Part shown: positions 7,925 through 16,427 of the stretch, piece by piece
Position numbering within the stretch: the stretch's first letter is position 1
Layout of the letters: every line of letters starts with the position of its first letter
Origin: an uncultured Candidatus Saccharibacteria bacterium
GTDB lineage: Bacteria > Patescibacteriota > Minisyncoccia > Ryanbacterales > GWA2-47-10b
Direction: 5' to 3'
DNA length: 43,068 nt
Assembly (NCBI GenBank): GCA_964653715.1
Contig: CAZZGX010000019.1
Span: 1-43,068, forward strand
Position numbers and translations under genes: made by a program
Notes under the pieces: generated by a model
Told to the model about the DNA's origin: nothing
The model's database searches: none
The model's input: only the letters and a program-made list of their open reading frames with translations

Positions 7925-10479
7925 AAAACTCCAAGAACGAAAAAACTCTCGTCATTCTTGATGCCCACGCGCTCATCCACCGCTCGTACCATGCCATGCC
8001 ATCCTTTACCTCAAGCTCCGGCGAGCCGATGGGCGCGGTCTACGGCGTCTCCGCGGTACTTCTTAAATTAATCCGCGATCTCGAACCGACGCATATGGCG
8101 GCCGCGTTCGATCGCCCCGAGCCAACATTTCGCCACGTTGCCTACGAAGACTACAAGGCAACCCGCGCCGAAACGAAAAGTGATCTTGTTCCTCAGTTTG
8201 ATAAAGTAAAGGAAGTTTTTTCTGCGTTTGGGATTTCCATGTTTGACGTTGCCGGATTCGAAGCCGATGACATTATCGGCACGCTCGTTGAACGTTTCAA
8301 AAAAGCAAAAAATCTCCGGATCGTAATCGCGTCAGGCGACATGGATACCCTGCAACTCGTCGAAGACGATCGGGTAACCGTCTACACACTTCGCAAAGGG
8401 ATTGAGGATACGATTGTATACAACGAAAAAAAGGTCAACGAGCGCTTTGGATTTGGACCGGCGCTCATCCCGGATTTTAAAGGACTCAAGGGCGATCCGT
8501 CCGACAATATTATTGGTGTTAAAGGTATCGGCGAGAAAACTGCGACCGAGCTCATTGTGCACTACGGCTCCATAGAAAAAATGTATGAGGCGCTCAAGCG
8601 CGAAAAAAAGCATCCTGGCTGGCTTCGCGAGCGCATTCTCGCCCTACTTCTTGAAAATGAAGAGGAGGCGCTTTTTTCAAAAGAATTGGCGCTCATCCGC
8701 CTCGATGCCCCCGTAGGTCCCTCGCTCGAGGAGCTTGCCTATCCGGCGATTCCGTATGAGTCTGCCGCGCGCGTCTTTCGCAAATTTCACTTCGCGAGCT
8801 TACTCTCGCGTCTCGACGAACTCACAGAAAACAAGGAAGAAAAAAAAGAAATAGAAGCGGAGGATTTCAAGAAATCCGACTGGAACGAAATTGATAAAAT
8901 CTCGCGACTTTTTCTTTTTATGGCCGAGGGAAAACTATTTCTTGGGCATGAGAAAAATATGCTCGTAGTTGGGGCGGAACAAGTCTCGTCTCAAAGAAAA
9001 CAGCTTGAGGAATTTTTTGCTGGGCGCCGCGAGATCATAGTACACGACGCAAAAGCAATTTTCAGGTTTCTTGGGTTTTCGTTTCCCGTGTCTTTCGATC
9101 TCTCTCTTGCCGCATGGCTTTTAAATCCCGAACGGCGGTTGTTTGAACTTCAGGATTTACTTCACGAGGAGCTGTCCACGGGGGCAGAGCTCCCGGACGC
9201 GGGTTTTCAGCTTGAGAAAAAATTGAGAACACGAATCGAGAAAGAAAATCTCGCAAAAATTATTTTTGAGTTCGAACTGCCACTTACCCCCGTTCTTTTT
9301 ATGATGGAGCGGCGAGGAATTTTGATTGATACCGAGAAGCTGAAAGTGCTCGAGATACGCGTCGGCAAAGATCTTGCGGTGCTCGAGCGCGATATCTGGA
9401 AACAGGCGGGTGAAAAGTTTGATATTGGCTCGCCAAAGCAGCTTGCGCGGATTCTGTTTGAGGTGCTCGGGCTTTCGCCCAAGGGCATCAAAAAGACCTC
9501 GACCAAAAATATTTCAACGCAATTTTCCGAACTCGTGAAGCTCCGCGACCTTCACCCAATTATTGAGAGCATCATTCGCTATCGCGAATATTCAAAACTC
9601 TCGTCTACCTACGTTTCGGTGCTCCCCGGGCTTGCAGATGCACGGGGACGGCTTCATACAACGTATAACCAGACAGGGGCCGCAACCGGACGCCTCTCGT
9701 CCTTGAATCCAAATCTTCAAAATATTCCGATTCGCACTGAGCTTGGGCGGGAAATTCGCCAGGCGTTCATGGCAGAGAAAGGATACGAACTCGTTTCGTT
9801 TGATTACTCTCAGCTTGAGCTTCGGATTGCCGCCGCTTTTTCAAACGACCCGAAACTTGTTGATGCTTTTAAAAAAGGTGAAGATGTTCATATTCGCACG
9901 GCCGCGGAAATTTTCAACGTTGCCAAAGAATCCGTGACGCCTGAGATGCGCAGACGCGCTAAAACCATCAACTTTGGTATTTTGTACGGCATGGGTTCTC
10001 GTTCGCTCGCTCAAGCCATGAAAGTTTCTCATGAGGAGGCGGATAAATATTTGCGCGATTATCTTGCCAATTTCCCCGGCATCGAAGACTATCGCCGCAA
10101 CTTAATAGAAGAAGCGCGAAAAACGGGATACGTAAAAACACTCTTCGGTCGCCGCCGCTATTTTCAGAACCTTCGTTCCACGTTTGTCTATGTCAGAAGC
10201 GAGGCCGAAAGAATGGCCATCAACGCGCCTATCCAGGGGACGGAGGCTGATCTTATCAAACGCGCGATGATTGGGATCGCTAAAGAATTTAAAAACGAAG
10301 ACGTTCGCATGCTCTTACAGGTGCATGACGAGCTTCTTTTTGAAATGAAAAAAAACCTTATTCCGACAGTCGTGCCGAACATCAAAGCTATTATGGAGAA
10401 AGTGCCAGAGCTTTCGGTCCCTATCGTGGTGGACGTAAAACGCGGCTCTAACTGGCAGGATATGACAAAGATGCCGTAA
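7921..10479 (+). CDS. polA: DNA polymerase I
   Basis: 5' nuclease N-terminus (ILDAHALIHRSYHA), pol motif A DYSQLELRIAA, motif B RRRAKTINFGILYGMG, motif C QVHDELLFE. ATG 7921 overlaps the tsaE stop (ATGA). Confidence 0.95.
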   Translation: MKNSKNEKTLVILDAHALIHRSYHAMPSFTSSSGEPMGAVYGVSAVLLKLIRDLEPTHMAAAFDRPEPTFRHVAYEDYKATRAETKSDLVPQFDKVKEVFSAFGISMFDVAGFEADDIIGTLVERFKKAKNLRIVIASGDMDTLQLVEDDRVTVYTLRKGIEDTIVYNEKKVNERFGFGPALIPDFKGLKGDPSDNIIGVKGIGEKTATELIVHYGSIEKMYEALKREKKHPGWLRERILALLLENEEEALFSKELALIRLDAPVGPSLEELAYPAIPYESAARVFRKFHFASLLSRLDELTENKEEKKEIEAEDFKKSDWNEIDKISRLFLFMAEGKLFLGHEKNMLVVGAEQVSSQRKQLEEFFAGRREIIVHDAKAIFRFLGFSFPVSFDLSLAAWLLNPERRLFELQDLLHEELSTGAELPDAGFQLEKKLRTRIEKENLAKIIFEFELPLTPVLFMMERRGILIDTEKLKVLEIRVGKDLAVLERDIWKQAGEKFDIGSPKQLARILFEVLGLSPKGIKKTSTKNISTQFSELVKLRDLHPIIESIIRYREYSKLSSTYVSVLPGLADARGRLHTTYNQTGAATGRLSSLNPNLQNIPIRTELGREIRQAFMAEKGYELVSFDYSQLELRIAAAFSNDPKLVDAFKKGEDVHIRTAAEIFNVAKESVTPEMRRRAKTINFGILYGMGSRSLAQAMKVSHEEADKYLRDYLANFPGIEDYRRNLIEEARKTGYVKTLFGRRRYFQNLRSTFVYVRSEAERMAINAPIQGTEADLIKRAMIGIAKEFKNEDVRMLLQVHDELLFEMKKNLIPTVVPNIKAIMEKVPELSVPIVVDVKRGSNWQDMTKMP

Positions 10480-10485
10480 CTACTG

Positions 10486-10491
10486 TACAAT
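10486..10491 (+). promoter_or_regulatory. -10 box TACAAT placing +1 on the A of ATG 10498 (leaderless receiver-holA transcript)
   Basis: Exactly 6 nt between the hexamer and the ATG; no SD. Confidence 0.5.
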
Positions 10492-10497
10492 AGAGAT

Positions 10498-10938
10498 ATG
10501 GCCGAAACTCCACAAAACTCATCCTTGCCGATTACTTCACTCCTTGAGCGAGGGAAGATAACTTTGCTCGTTGTCGAGGACGACAAGTTTTTGCGCGATC
10601 TTTTGGTGGGGAAACTCACTCGCGAGGGATACAAGATAGTTGAGGCGCACGACGGTAGGGAAGGCATCAGTGAGGCAAAAAAATCTCAGCCCCACCTGAT
10701 CTTGCTCGATCTTATCATGCCCGGTATCGATGGATTCGGCGTGCTTGAGGCGGTGAAGAAAGATCCTGATACAACAAAAATTCCCGTTGTTATTCTTTCG
10801 AATCTCGGATCCCAGGAAGACATTGATCGTGCCATGGCGCTTGGGGCAAAGGAATTTTTAGTGAAGGCGCAACATACTCCGCAAGAGATCGTAAACACCA
10901 TCAAAAAAGTTCTTGACGAAATGTATCTCAAGAAATGA
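10498..10938 (+). CDS. Single-domain response regulator (CheY-like receiver)
   Basis: LLVVEDD...LDLIMPGIDG...VVILS...K receiver signature; no output domain; no histidine kinase in the window. Confidence 0.85.
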   Translation: MAETPQNSSLPITSLLERGKITLLVVEDDKFLRDLLVGKLTREGYKIVEAHDGREGISEAKKSQPHLILLDLIMPGIDGFGVLEAVKKDPDTTKIPVVILSNLGSQEDIDRAMALGAKEFLVKAQHTPQEIVNTIKKVLDEMYLKK

Positions 10939-11786
10939 TCTACCTCATTTTTGGAGAGGACACCAGGCGTTCACGGGAGCTTTTGCGCGAGTTTGAAAAA
11001 CGCTTTCCTTCTGCCCACCAAATAGTTGATTGCGCCGCGGACCAAGACTACCAATTTGGTTCGCGGTCCCTTTTTGCGGCCAAAGAGTATCTCGTTTTAA
11101 AAAATCCATCGGCGCTCGACCCCTTGCGTCACAACGAATTACAGGTACACCTCGCGCGCTGGGCGAAAGACGATTCGGTGGTGGTTGCCTATGAAGAGGG
11201 AGTTCCCGAAAAAAATAAGATTTTCTCGGCTCTTAAAAAACACGCTTCCAAAAAGCAGGAGTTTGTGCCGCTTGCGGGCGCGGAGCTCGAGCGCTGGCTT
11301 GGAAATGAAGCAAAAAAACGAGGGGGCTCCCTTACGAGCGCGCAAAAAAAGACTCTCCTTTTACAGGGAGGAAACAATCTTTGGAAACTTGAGCGCGAGC
11401 TTGAAAAAGTGCTTTTGGGAGGGGAGACTCCGGTAGGTCCGGACACCGTTGAAGAGCGAGAGCTTTTTTTGCTAGGAGATCTTTGGGGCAGGCGCGAGAA
11501 GGAGCGCGCGTTTTTACATTACGAGCGGCTTCTTTCGGGCGGGTTGGGAGCCGATCAGGTTTTCAGGACGCTTTTGTGGCATGTTAAAAATCTTTGTTTG
11601 GCCGCATCAGGAGAGGTATCAAAAATGAATCCATTCGTTGCACGCAAAGCCAAAGAACAAGCGCGCAATTTTTCGCGAGAAAAACTATCGCAGGCTCACG
11701 AAGACCTTGTCATGCTCGATGTTCACGAAAAATGGGGCCAAGGCTCCATCGAACTCGGCCTCGTGAAGTTTTTACTGATTCAGTAA
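10935..11786 (+). CDS. holA: DNA polymerase III delta subunit (HolA-like)
   Basis: 283 aa; N-terminus IYLIFGEDTRRSRELL and overall helical layout typical of HolA; ATGA overlap with the receiver gene. Weaker motif support than other calls. Confidence 0.65.
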   Translation: MIYLIFGEDTRRSRELLREFEKRFPSAHQIVDCAADQDYQFGSRSLFAAKEYLVLKNPSALDPLRHNELQVHLARWAKDDSVVVAYEEGVPEKNKIFSALKKHASKKQEFVPLAGAELERWLGNEAKKRGGSLTSAQKKTLLLQGGNNLWKLERELEKVLLGGETPVGPDTVEERELFLLGDLWGRREKERAFLHYERLLSGGLGADQVFRTLLWHVKNLCLAASGEVSKMNPFVARKAKEQARNFSREKLSQAHEDLVMLDVHEKWGQGSIELGLVKFLLIQ

Positions 11787-11830
11787 AACCCTAAATCTTC
11801 GCCAGTTGATGCGCGAGGCGGGATTTTTTG
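11748..11830. repeat. Left copy of a perfect 83-bp direct repeat (holA 3' end + rpsT 3'-end remnant)
   Basis: ATCGAACTCGGCCTCGTGAAGTTTTTACTGATTCAGTAAAACCCTAAATCTTCGCCAGTTGATGCGCGAGGCGGGATTTTTTG is identical at 12263-12345. Confidence 0.95.
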
Positions 11831-11856
11831 GATATTTGCTTTAGCTGAACAAAGGA

Positions 11857-11865
11857 TGGTACAGT
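11857..11865 (+). promoter_or_regulatory. Extended -10 TGgTACAGT, 7 nt before the antitoxin ATG 11873
   Basis: Lies inside the inserted cassette; predicted leader 0-1 nt. Confidence 0.5.
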
Positions 11866-11872
11866 AAAACAT

Positions 11873-12088
11873 ATGGCAAACGTCAAACACATGCCAACGG
11901 AAGACGAAAATATTTCACTTTGCGAGCTTAAGTCAATGCTCGAGGGGGTTATTGAGCATATCGAAGGAAAAACTATCAGCCAAGAGCAATTTCATGAATC
12001 AATGGCACGTTATTCTCGCCGAGAAGGATCTAAAGAATCTCGCAAGAGCACCAAAGCAAGAACGAGAACGGGTACTGCAAGAAGTTAA
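11873..12088 (+). CDS. Putative antitoxin of the RelE/ParE cassette (C-terminal 31 codons overlap the toxin out of frame)
   Basis: Small ORF immediately upstream of the toxin with its own extended -10. No family recognised. The basic Ser/Arg/Thr tail looks like out-of-frame read-through. Confidence 0.5.
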   Translation: MANVKHMPTEDENISLCELKSMLEGVIEHIEGKTISQEQFHESMARYSRREGSKESRKSTKARTRTGTARS

Positions 12089-12257
12089 AAAACTCGCGGA
12101 AGATCCGTTTAGCGGAAACACGAAGAAACTTTATGATACCGCGTTTCGAAAGCGAGTAGGCAATTGGCGTATCATTTTCGTTGCCGATTTTAAAACGAAA
12201 ACAATCAGAGTATTTGCGATAACGCGAAGAAACGAAAAAACGTATAAAAATATTTAA
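11994..12257 (+). CDS. RelE/ParE family type II toxin
   Basis: MNQWHVILAEKDLKNL...KKLAEDPF...RKRVGNWRIIFVADFKTKTIRVFAITRRNEKTY matches the RelE/ParE fold pattern. ATG 11994 chosen to keep the conserved N-terminus. Confidence 0.75.
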   Translation: MNQWHVILAEKDLKNLARAPKQERERVLQEVKKLAEDPFSGNTKKLYDTAFRKRVGNWRIIFVADFKTKTIRVFAITRRNEKTYKNI

Positions 12258-12262
12258 CCTCA

Positions 12263-12345
12263 ATCGAACTCGGCCTCGTGAAGTTTTTACTGATTCAGTA
12301 AAACCCTAAATCTTCGCCAGTTGATGCGCGAGGCGGGATTTTTTG
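12263..12345. repeat. Right copy of the 83-bp direct repeat (holA 3'-end remnant + functional rpsT 3' end)
   Basis: Base-for-base identical to 11748-11830 by direct comparison. Confidence 0.95.
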
Positions 12346-12566
12346 CGGCTGGCGGTGTTTTTTTTGATGATGTTGTTTTTTGCTGACTTGTCGAGAGTTT
12401 TCTGGACCTGCGGAAAAAGTTTCGTAGCCTCCACCTTATTTTTGGCTTCTACTGCCTTTTCAAACGATTTTAAGACGTCTTTGAGTGCGCGCTTTCTCCT
12501 CATATTTCTGGAGCGTCGCGTTTTTGACTGTCGCAGTGCCTTTCGGGCTGAACGTATATTTGGCAT
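12306..12566 (-). CDS. rpsT: 30S ribosomal protein S20
   Basis: MPNIRSARKALRQSKTRR..., 86 aa from ATG 12566. The track start at 12602 would abut the uvrB stop. Confidence 0.9.
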   Translation of the reverse strand: MPNIRSARKALRQSKTRRSRNMRRKRALKDVLKSFEKAVEAKNKVEATKLFPQVQKTLDKSAKNNIIKKNTASRKKSRLAHQLAKI

Positions 12567-12573
12567 AGGCTTT

Positions 12574-12579
12574 AGGATA
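12574..12579 (-). promoter_or_regulatory. -10-like TATCCT (minus strand), 7 nt before the rpsT ATG 12566
   Basis: Reverse complement of AGGATA; no SD. Confidence 0.35.
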
Positions 12580-12602
12580 GAGAGTTTTTCCCCGTTCGTC
12601 AA

Positions 12603-14552
12603 CTAGAGTGTTTTCAAAATATCGCGAAGTTCGGCCGCGCGTTCAAAATTGAGGGCGGAGGCCGCCGCCAGCATTTCGGCCTCAATTTCCTTTTTGAGCT
12701 CCGTGGCCGACCGCTTTTCTTTTTTCAGCTTGGCAAGTGCTGACTCGCGCGAGAGTTTTTTGGCCCCCTCAAAAAGATTTTGCCTGATTTCTTTTTTAAT
12801 GGGGGTCGGCGTAATGCCGTGTTTTTTGTTGAACGCGGTCTGGTATTTTCTCCTCCGCTCGGTTTCGTCAATCGCTCTTTTCATCGAATCCGTCATTTTG
12901 TCCGCGTAAAAAATTACGTGGCCGTTTGGATTGCGGGAGGCGCGGCCGATCGTTTGGATCAGGGTTGTTGCGTTTCTCAAAAATCCTTCCTTGTCCGCGT
13001 CCAGTATGCAGATGAGCGACACCTCGGGAAGATCAAGTCCTTCGCGAAGCAGATTGATGCCGACGATGGCGTCCACGGATCCGCTCCGGAGATCTTTTAA
13101 AATATTGTAGCGTTCGATCGTCTTTATCTCCGAGTGAAGCCACGCAATCTTGAGACCCTTGCCTCCCAAGTATTCCGCGATATCCTCCGCCATCCGCTTA
13201 GTGAGCGCCACGACCAGCGTGCGTTCTTTTTTCTCTGCTCGCTTTACGATTTCTTTTTCAGCGTCTTGAACCTGGCCCGCCGCAGGGCGCGTTTCGAGCG
13301 TCGGATCAATGAGGCCCGTGGGACGGACAAGCTGCTCGACGATAGAGCTGTGCGCTGTTTCATACACGCTCGGGGTTGCCGAGACAAATATTACCTGTCC
13401 GACTTTTTTCTCAAATTCGTCGAATGTAAGCGGTCGGTTGTCGAGCGCCGAAGGGAGTCGAAAGCCATGCTCCACAAGCGTTTCCTTGCGCGCGCGGTCG
13501 CCGTGGTACATCCCGCGGATCTGCGGAATGGTCATATGGGATTCATCGATAAAAGTTAAAAAGTCACAGGGCAAGTAATCGATGAGCGTAGTAGGAGGTG
13601 TGCCGGGCGCGCGGCCGGAAAGAGGCCGTGAATAGTTTTCGATTCCGTTGGTATATCCGGTTTCTTTGAGCATCCGGATGTCGTAGCGCGTGCGGCGAAG
13701 GAGCCGCTCGGCTTCGAGTATTTTTTTAGCTTTTTTGAGCTCGCGGATCCGGTCTCGAAGTTCGTCCTCGATATTTTTAATCGCAGTTTTCAAATTGCGC
13801 TCCGGCGTCACAAAATGTTTTGCGGGGAAAATTCGTACGGGGTCACGCGTTGCAAATAAGGCATCCGGTCGCGTACTTGTTGACTCGGCTATCTCTTCGA
13901 CTTCATCCCCAAAAAAATGTATGCGCGTGATGCTCTGGCCCGTGGGCGCTACGATGGAAACAGTTTCACCCGCTCTCGACCACGTTCCCGGAGTCCGCTC
14001 GATGTCGTTTCGCACGTATTGCATGGCGCCCAATTTTCGCCCAAGCGCTCGCCATCCGAGATGATCGCCGCGCGCCACCTCTAAAGAAAATTCAAGATAG
14101 GTTTCCGGATCGCCGATTCCGTAGATTGCCGAGACCGACGCTACTATTATAAGGTCCCGCCGCGTGAGTGCTGCTTGGGTTGCGGCGTGCCGCAGCTCGT
14201 CGATGAAGGCGTTGATTTTCGCGTCTTTCTCTATATATGTATCCGTGTTTGGAATATAGGCTTCCGGTTGGTAGTAGTCGTAGTAAGAAACAAAATAATG
14301 GACGGCGTTTTGCGGAAAAAAATCTCTAAATTCTTCGTAGAGCTGCGCGGCAAGCGTTTTGTTGTGTGAGAGGACGAGTGTCGGGCGCCTTGTTTTTGCG
14401 ATGACATTTGCCATCGTAAACGTTTTGCCAGATCCGGTAACGCCAAGAAGCGTCTGGCAGCTCTTCTCTTTGCCGAGCCCCTCTACCAGCTTTTCAATTG
14501 CTTCGAACTGGTCGCCCGCCGGTTTAAATTTTGAAACAAGCTCGAAATCCAT
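12603..14552 (-). CDS. uvrB: Excinuclease ABC subunit B
   Basis: GVTGSGKTFTMAN Walker A, helicase motifs and C-terminal UVR domain (FERAAELRD). Start re-picked at MDFELVSKFKPAGDQ (14552). Confidence 0.95.
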   Translation of the reverse strand: MDFELVSKFKPAGDQFEAIEKLVEGLGKEKSCQTLLGVTGSGKTFTMANVIAKTRRPTLVLSHNKTLAAQLYEEFRDFFPQNAVHYFVSYYDYYQPEAYIPNTDTYIEKDAKINAFIDELRHAATQAALTRRDLIIVASVSAIYGIGDPETYLEFSLEVARGDHLGWRALGRKLGAMQYVRNDIERTPGTWSRAGETVSIVAPTGQSITRIHFFGDEVEEIAESTSTRPDALFATRDPVRIFPAKHFVTPERNLKTAIKNIEDELRDRIRELKKAKKILEAERLLRRTRYDIRMLKETGYTNGIENYSRPLSGRAPGTPPTTLIDYLPCDFLTFIDESHMTIPQIRGMYHGDRARKETLVEHGFRLPSALDNRPLTFDEFEKKVGQVIFVSATPSVYETAHSSIVEQLVRPTGLIDPTLETRPAAGQVQDAEKEIVKRAEKKERTLVVALTKRMAEDIAEYLGGKGLKIAWLHSEIKTIERYNILKDLRSGSVDAIVGINLLREGLDLPEVSLICILDADKEGFLRNATTLIQTIGRASRNPNGHVIFYADKMTDSMKRAIDETERRRKYQTAFNKKHGITPTPIKKEIRQNLFEGAKKLSRESALAKLKKEKRSATELKKEIEAEMLAAASALNFERAAELRDILKTL

Positions 14553-14563
14553 GCTGGATATAC

Positions 14564-14569
14564 TATAAT
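14564..14569 (+). promoter_or_regulatory. -10 box TATAAT placing +1 on the A of the ruvA ATG 14576
   Basis: Only 23 bp separate the divergent uvrB and ruvA start codons. 6-nt spacing; no SD. Confidence 0.5.
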
Positions 14570-14575
14570 ACGAGC

Positions 14576-15151
14576 ATGATAGCACGTATTGCCGGCGAGG
14601 TACTTTTTCGCGCTTCGCGCTATCTTTTGGTAGATGTCCATGGCGTGGGCTACAAACTCGCGGTTTCGCTCGAGACGCTTTCGGCGCTCGAGCCAAAAAA
14701 AGGAACGCACGTGGAGCTTTTTACCCATCTCCATGTTCGCGAAAATGCCCTTGATCTCTATGGATTTGCGACGATGGCGGAGCTCGAGTTTTTTGAACTC
14801 CTAATTGGGATTCCTGGGATTGGCCCGAAGTCGGCCATCAATGTGCTCTCGCTTGCTCCGCTTGATTCGCTCAAGCGCGCGATCTCTTCCGGAGACACTG
14901 TTTCGCTTACGAAAGTCTCGGGCATCGGAAAACGAATCGCGGAGAAAATAATCCTTGAACTTCGCGACAAGCTAGGAAGAGGGGAATCCGTCCCCGCGGG
15001 AGAAGAAGAGGGGCAGGCGATCGACGCGCTCATCTCGCTCGGGTACACGGCAAAAGAAGCGCGCGACGCGCTTCGCAAAATTTCCGGCGAGACACTTACG
15101 CTCGATGCTCGCATCCGAGCGGCGCTAAAAATTTTAGGCACCAAGAGATAA
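14576..15151 (+). CDS. ruvA: Holliday junction DNA helicase RuvA
   Basis: MIARIAGEV...VDVHGVGYKL OB domain and HhH motifs GIPGIGPKSA / VSGIGKRIAEKI. Start re-picked at ATG 14576. Confidence 0.9.
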   Translation: MIARIAGEVLFRASRYLLVDVHGVGYKLAVSLETLSALEPKKGTHVELFTHLHVRENALDLYGFATMAELEFFELLIGIPGIGPKSAINVLSLAPLDSLKRAISSGDTVSLTKVSGIGKRIAEKIILELRDKLGRGESVPAGEEEGQAIDALISLGYTAKEARDALRKISGETLTLDARIRAALKILGTKR

Positions 15152-15152
15152 T

Positions 15153-16409
15153 ATGCGCCGGCTCATCCCACAAATGCTCGTTTCTTTGTATCACTTTTCG
15201 CTCGCATTTTTGGGCGCCCTTTGGTATGGATTTCCATCTCGAAAACTCGTTGTCATTGGTGTAACGGGTACCAACGGCAAGTCAACCGTTGTGGATTTAA
15301 CGCATCGGATTTTTGTAGCCGCAGGTCGTCGCACAGCGTCCGCCTCGTCTCTTCGGTTTATCATTGATGACAGGGAATGGAAAAACGAGCTCAAGATGAC
15401 TATGCCGGGGCGCTTTTTTTTGCAGAAGTTTTTATATGATGCCTTACGCAAAAGATGCGACACGGTCATCCTTGAGGTAACCTCGGAGGGAGTTCGCCAA
15501 TCGCGCCATCGGTTTATCACGTTTGACGCGGCCGTACTCACAAATGTAACTCCCGAACACATTGAATCGCACGGGAGCTTTGAGAAATATCGCGCGTCTA
15601 AATTACAGTTTTTTTCCTCAGCGAAAAAAACCAAAACGCTCGTGATAAACGGCGATGATCCCTCCGCAGATCTTTTTCTTGCGGCAGGTGGTAGCGGGGA
15701 AGCGTGGATCTACGGACTTCATCCCGAACCTCGCCTTGGCGCAAAACTTGTAAAACCAGACGCCTATACTGTTGGCGAAGAAGGCATTACTTTCACATAC
15801 GAAAACACTCGTTTCGAATTGAAATTGCGGGGAGAATTTAATCTTTCGAACGCCCTTGCGACGCTTGCGCTCGCCCGTTCGCAAGGAATTCTGATAGAGG
15901 CGATACAGCAAGGGCTTAGGGGCGCGGAGAGTATCCCCGGGAGGCTCGAGATAGTTGCGCGCTCCCCACATTTTGTCGTCGTGGATTACGCTCACACGCC
16001 CGACGCGCTTGAGAAGGTGTACAAAACGCTCAAAAAAGACACAGCGCGTCTTATTTGTGTGTTTGGTTCGGCCGGCGGCGGGCGAGATAAATGGAAACGG
16101 GCTGAAATGGGTAAAATTGCTGACCGTTCTTGTGACGAAATTATTCTAACTGATGAAGACCCATACGATGAAGATCCGAAAACGATCATCGAAGATATTA
16201 AAAAAGGTATTTTGGAGAAAAGGCCGGACGTTTTTCTTGACCGAAAAGAAGCGATTGGCAGGGCACTTACGAAAGCCACGGATGGGGATACCGTCGTCAT
16301 TACCGGAAAAGGGGCCGAACCATGGATGATGGTTCGGGGCGGTAAAAGAATTCCGTGGGACGATCGTAAGATTGTCCGCCAGGCGCTCGGGATAGACAAA
16401 GAAAGATAA
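15153..16409 (+). CDS. Mur ligase family protein, MurE-like but lacking the N-terminal UDP-MurNAc domain
   Basis: GVTGTNGKST P-loop already at residue ~36, preceded by a hydrophobic segment. VDYAHTPDAL is MurE-typical. The DNPR position reads TDEDPYDEDP. Confidence 0.75.
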   Translation: MRRLIPQMLVSLYHFSLAFLGALWYGFPSRKLVVIGVTGTNGKSTVVDLTHRIFVAAGRRTASASSLRFIIDDREWKNELKMTMPGRFFLQKFLYDALRKRCDTVILEVTSEGVRQSRHRFITFDAAVLTNVTPEHIESHGSFEKYRASKLQFFSSAKKTKTLVINGDDPSADLFLAAGGSGEAWIYGLHPEPRLGAKLVKPDAYTVGEEGITFTYENTRFELKLRGEFNLSNALATLALARSQGILIEAIQQGLRGAESIPGRLEIVARSPHFVVVDYAHTPDALEKVYKTLKKDTARLICVFGSAGGGRDKWKRAEMGKIADRSCDEIILTDEDPYDEDPKTIIEDIKKGILEKRPDVFLDRKEAIGRALTKATDGDTVVITGKGAEPWMMVRGGKRIPWDDRKIVRQALGIDKER

Positions 16410-16427
16410 AGGGCATAGTGTGGAGAT

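Larger units (their letters stand above)
11831..12262 (+). mobile_element. 432-bp self-contained TA cassette (promoter + antitoxin + RelE-type toxin) inserted between convergent holA and rpsT
   Basis: Bounded exactly by the 83-bp repeats. Removing one repeat plus the insert restores a holA/rpsT convergent junction with 19 nt between the stop codons. Confidence 0.7.
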
